From: an uncultured Holophagales bacterium
GTDB taxonomy: Bacteria > Acidobacteriota > Thermoanaerobaculia > Multivoradales > UBA5704
Length of the DNA: 64,000 bases
Direction of reading: 5' to 3'
Assembly (NCBI GenBank): GCA_963842525.1
Contig: CAWJGT010000006.1
Location: 32,001 to 96,000 of the forward strand
The translations under genes were made by a program, and so were the position numbers. Position 1 is the stretch's first letter. Each line of letters opens with the position of its first letter. Of the stretch, positions 62,301 to 64,000 are shown piece after piece. The notes under the pieces are model-generated. The model did not search any database, had not been told where the DNA came from, and worked only from the letters and a program-made list of their open reading frames with translations.

Positions 62301-64000
62301 CGATCGACACCGCGCGCCGGCCGTTCTATAGCTACCTGGAGTCTTCGGTCGGACTGATCCAGAACGCCTTGGCGAGCGAGGGCGCGCCGGTCGATTTCAA
62401 ACGCCTGTCGCGCGAGGACTTCGAGTACATGCTGGAGCTTGCCTACCAGCGCTATGTAAAGACCTCGGCTCTCATCGGCTCGCCGGAGTCCGTGGCCCCG
62501 ATCGTCGAGCGCCTGCGCGATGCCGGCGTGGACGAGATCGCCTGCCTGGTCGACTTTGGCGTGGCGCCGGGCGAGGTGCGGGCGAGCTTCCCCTGGATCG
62601 CGGCCCTGAAGGACCGCTTCCGCCTCCGCCGCCGGCCGCGCGCCGCGGAGGCGGTGGAATTCCCGCTCACCGAGGCCCAGCGCGACCTCTACGCCGTGAC
62701 CCTGCTGGGGGAAGAGGCCTCGCTGGCCTACCTGGAGCCCGGTGTCCTGGAGCTGCGGGGCTCCCTGGACCTGGGCCTCCTCCGCCGCGCCCTCCAGGAG
62801 GTGATGGACCGGCACGAGGCGGTCCGCTCAGTCGTGCCGCTTCCCGGCGATTCCGATCCGGTGCAGCGGGCCCTCCCCGAGGTCCGCCTGGAGGTCCCCC
62901 TCCTGGATGTCACTGGGTGCCCGCCCGGGCGGCAGGAGGAGGCCTCGATCGCCTGGCTGACGGCCGAGAGCGTTCGCTCTTTCGACCTCGCGCGCGGGCC
63001 GCTCCTCCGCGCCTCGGTGCTGCGCCTGGAGCCACGGCTCCACCGGCTGGGGATCTTCGTCCACCACCTCGTGGCCGACGGGCTCTCCGTCGTGATCCTG
63101 ATCCGCGAGGCCCTGGCAATTTACGAGGCGGAGCGGGCCGGCCGCCGCGCCGTGCTGCCGCCGCCCCTGCAATTCCGGGAGTACTCCGCCTGGCTGGAGA
63201 GCGGCGGAGCGGAGCATCCCGGCGACGAGGAGTGGTGGCGGGAGCGCCTGTCCGGGACCCTGCCGGTCTTCGCGCCGCCCACCGACCGGCCGCGCCCGCC
63301 GGTGCGCGGCTTCCTCGGCGCGCGCCGCCGCCGCGTCCTGGAGCCGGAGCTTCACCGCGCCCTGCACCAGCTCGGCCGGCGCCAGGGCGCCACTTTCTTC
63401 ATCTCTCTTCTTGCCGTCTACACCGCCGCGCTCCACCGCTGGACCGGGCAGGACGACCTGGTGGTGGGCGGACCCGCCGCCCGGCGGCCCCTGGAAGGAG
63501 GGGACCGGCTCGTCGGGCACTGCGTGGACCTGGTGCCCTACCGAAGCCGGACCGGCGGCATCGGCGGCGACGTCGAGCCGACGTTCCTGGAGCACCTGTC
63601 CACCATCCGCACGCTGGTCCTGGACGCCCACGAGCATGGCGGAGTGCCCCTGGCCCGCCTCGTGCGCGAGCTGGGGCTCCCCCACGATCCGAGCCGCGCG
63701 CCTCTCGTCAACGCCGCTTTCAACTTCGATCCCGGCTCAGAGATCGCCAAAGCCGGCGGGCTGGAGCTGGTGGAGCGCTCGGCGGAGATCACCCACGCCA
63801 AGATGGACATCTCCCTGCACGTGGTGGAGACCGGCGGCGATCTCCTTCTCCAGATGGACTACCGGACCGACCTCTTCGAGCCCGCCACCCTGGACCGCCT
63901 CCTGGAGCGCCTGGCCATCCTGACCCAGGGAGCGACGGCCGATCCCTCCAGCCCCCTGGGGGACCTGCCGCTCCTCACCCCGGCCGAGCGCCGGCAGGTC
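59381..64000 (+). CDS. Hybrid megasynthase ACP - class III aminotransferase - luciferase-like monooxygenase - C domain (runs off window end)
   Basis: Absent from the ORF track; frame checked at several points from ATG 59381/59399. LGADSL ACP; DIDGNEYVD, NSGTEA, IFDEMITGFR, TYGKVVGGG; WFPERHFH LLM; HHLVADG C domain. Confidence 0.9.
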   Translation, partial: MQETRFMSQPSPSIRHDRIAATLQGIVGRVLRIEPQEIDIEAPFLELGADSLALVEALRGLQEAFGVKLTIRQLFEQFPSIEALASFLDQTLPADPHPLDPPLPTALPFPGRGGEKPGQASPERGAGIKPGVSTPGIAPSPSPSPEGAQAWAPPPILPSVGASAVERVFGMQIQAFNQLVAQQLQMLGARGTDPAVAAPPVASAPSPPPEAPAARPVLPTFLGKAAGAPAADLSERQQKHLDALIERYCRKTAKSKELTQKYRPWLADSRATVGFRAASKEMLYPLARARARGSRIVDIDGNEYVDVTMGMGVHLFGHQPDWLQPTIEHQVREGFELGPRSANSGEVAALFCELTGMERAAFTNSGTEACMTAIRLARARTGRSRIAMFAGSYHGHSDGTLAQTREVDGELLSFPVAPGVPPKVAEDVLVLDYGSDRALEVIRRHQSELAAVIVEPIQSRRPDLQPREFLHELRRITAESGIALIFDEMITGFRLHLGGAQAWFGVRADLATYGKVVGGGLPIGVVAGSAEYMDGIDGGMWQYGDASRPERDTTFFGGTFCQHPLAMAAAKTVLTHLKEQGPGLQEGLNARTSRFAARLNDFFTADKVPIRTAHAHSIFRFSFSANADLLFYHLVEKGVYVWEWRNCFLSTAHTDDDLDFVTRAIEESVEELRRGGFLPDRPSGPGGGGGRPEPAAVPAGAGTWERRGIKPAIAPAAPAASMAPAPRGTDPDRGVRFGLYFFGNYAAEFRAGKYDLLIDTARFADRHGFNSIWFPERHFHPFGGLSPNPSVLAAALARETERIALRAGSVVLPLHHPVRVAEEWSLVDNLSGGRIGLSYASGWHPNDFALAPEAYGRHRDLMFERAETVRRLWQGEAVRLRDGAGKEVDLRIFPLPSRRDLPVWITIVNNPDTYRLAGEMGAGVLTNLMGQTPEGLGANLAVYREALAGAGHPPDRGHVALLLHTFLDPDAGQAIDTARRPFYSYLESSVGLIQNALASEGAPVDFKRLSREDFEYMLELAYQRYVKTSALIGSPESVAPIVERLRDAGVDEIACLVDFGVAPGEVRASFPWIAALKDRFRLRRRPRAAEAVEFPLTEAQRDLYAVTLLGEEASLAYLEPGVLELRGSLDLGLLRRALQEVMDRHEAVRSVVPLPGDSDPVQRALPEVRLEVPLLDVTGCPPGRQEEASIAWLTAESVRSFDLARGPLLRASVLRLEPRLHRLGIFVHHLVADGLSVVILIREALAIYEAERAGRRAVLPPPLQFREYSAWLESGGAEHPGDEEWWRERLSGTLPVFAPPTDRPRPPVRGFLGARRRRVLEPELHRALHQLGRRQGATFFISLLAVYTAALHRWTGQDDLVVGGPAARRPLEGGDRLVGHCVDLVPYRSRTGGIGGDVEPTFLEHLSTIRTLVLDAHEHGGVPLARLVRELGLPHDPSRAPLVNAAFNFDPGSEIAKAGGLELVERSAEITHAKMDISLHVVETGGDLLLQMDYRTDLFEPATLDRLLERLAILTQGATADPSSPLGDLPLLTPAERRQV
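59665..59830. repeat. Family A and family B-like repeats, in-frame in the ACP-aminotransferase linker
   Basis: CCCTCACCCCCTTGATCCCCCTCTCCC...GGGAGAGGGGG, then AGCCCCGAACGGGGCG...CCTGGGGTTTCAACCCCAGG...AGCCCCGAAGGGGCG. Confidence 0.8.

Overview
High-GC bacterial DNA. An Acidobacteriota (Thermoanaerobaculia-like) origin is inferred from gene content, not proven. At least 11 otherwise intact genes carry single-base frameshifts, most simply explained by unpolished long-read assembly. The window has three zones. (1) 1-13.6 kb is a candidate defence/conflict region. It holds two tandem paralogous cassettes of [CHAT protease-SIR2-like] + [nSTAND-type NTPase; TM-WD40 in the complete copy], separated by a vapBC pair, then hslR. 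After that comes a more AT-rich operon encoding a nucleoside-deoxyribosyltransferase/TIR-like domain fused to three S1 domains, and an archaeal Alba-like domain fused to a PIN nuclease. This operon is the best candidate for an undescribed system. (2) 13.6-48.6 kb is mostly housekeeping: K+ transport, a Gld-like ABC transporter, amino-acid permeases, FIST + PAS-GGDEF-EAL, methylmalonyl-CoA mutase, nrdJ with tandem NrdR boxes, an archaeal-type GAPDH-like gene, RlmD, SulP, YgfZ and IscA. (3) 48.7-64 kb is the start of a hybrid NRPS/PKS cluster: a mosaic, internally deleted NRPS; a C-A-PCP NRPS; an ACP-KS-AT-AT PKS; and an ACP-aminotransferase-LLM-C protein that runs off the edge. Two families of palindromic dispersed repeats recur and are several times translated in-frame inside proteins. 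No tRNA, rRNA, CRISPR array or transposase was recognised. All calls come from motif reading by eye; no searches were run.
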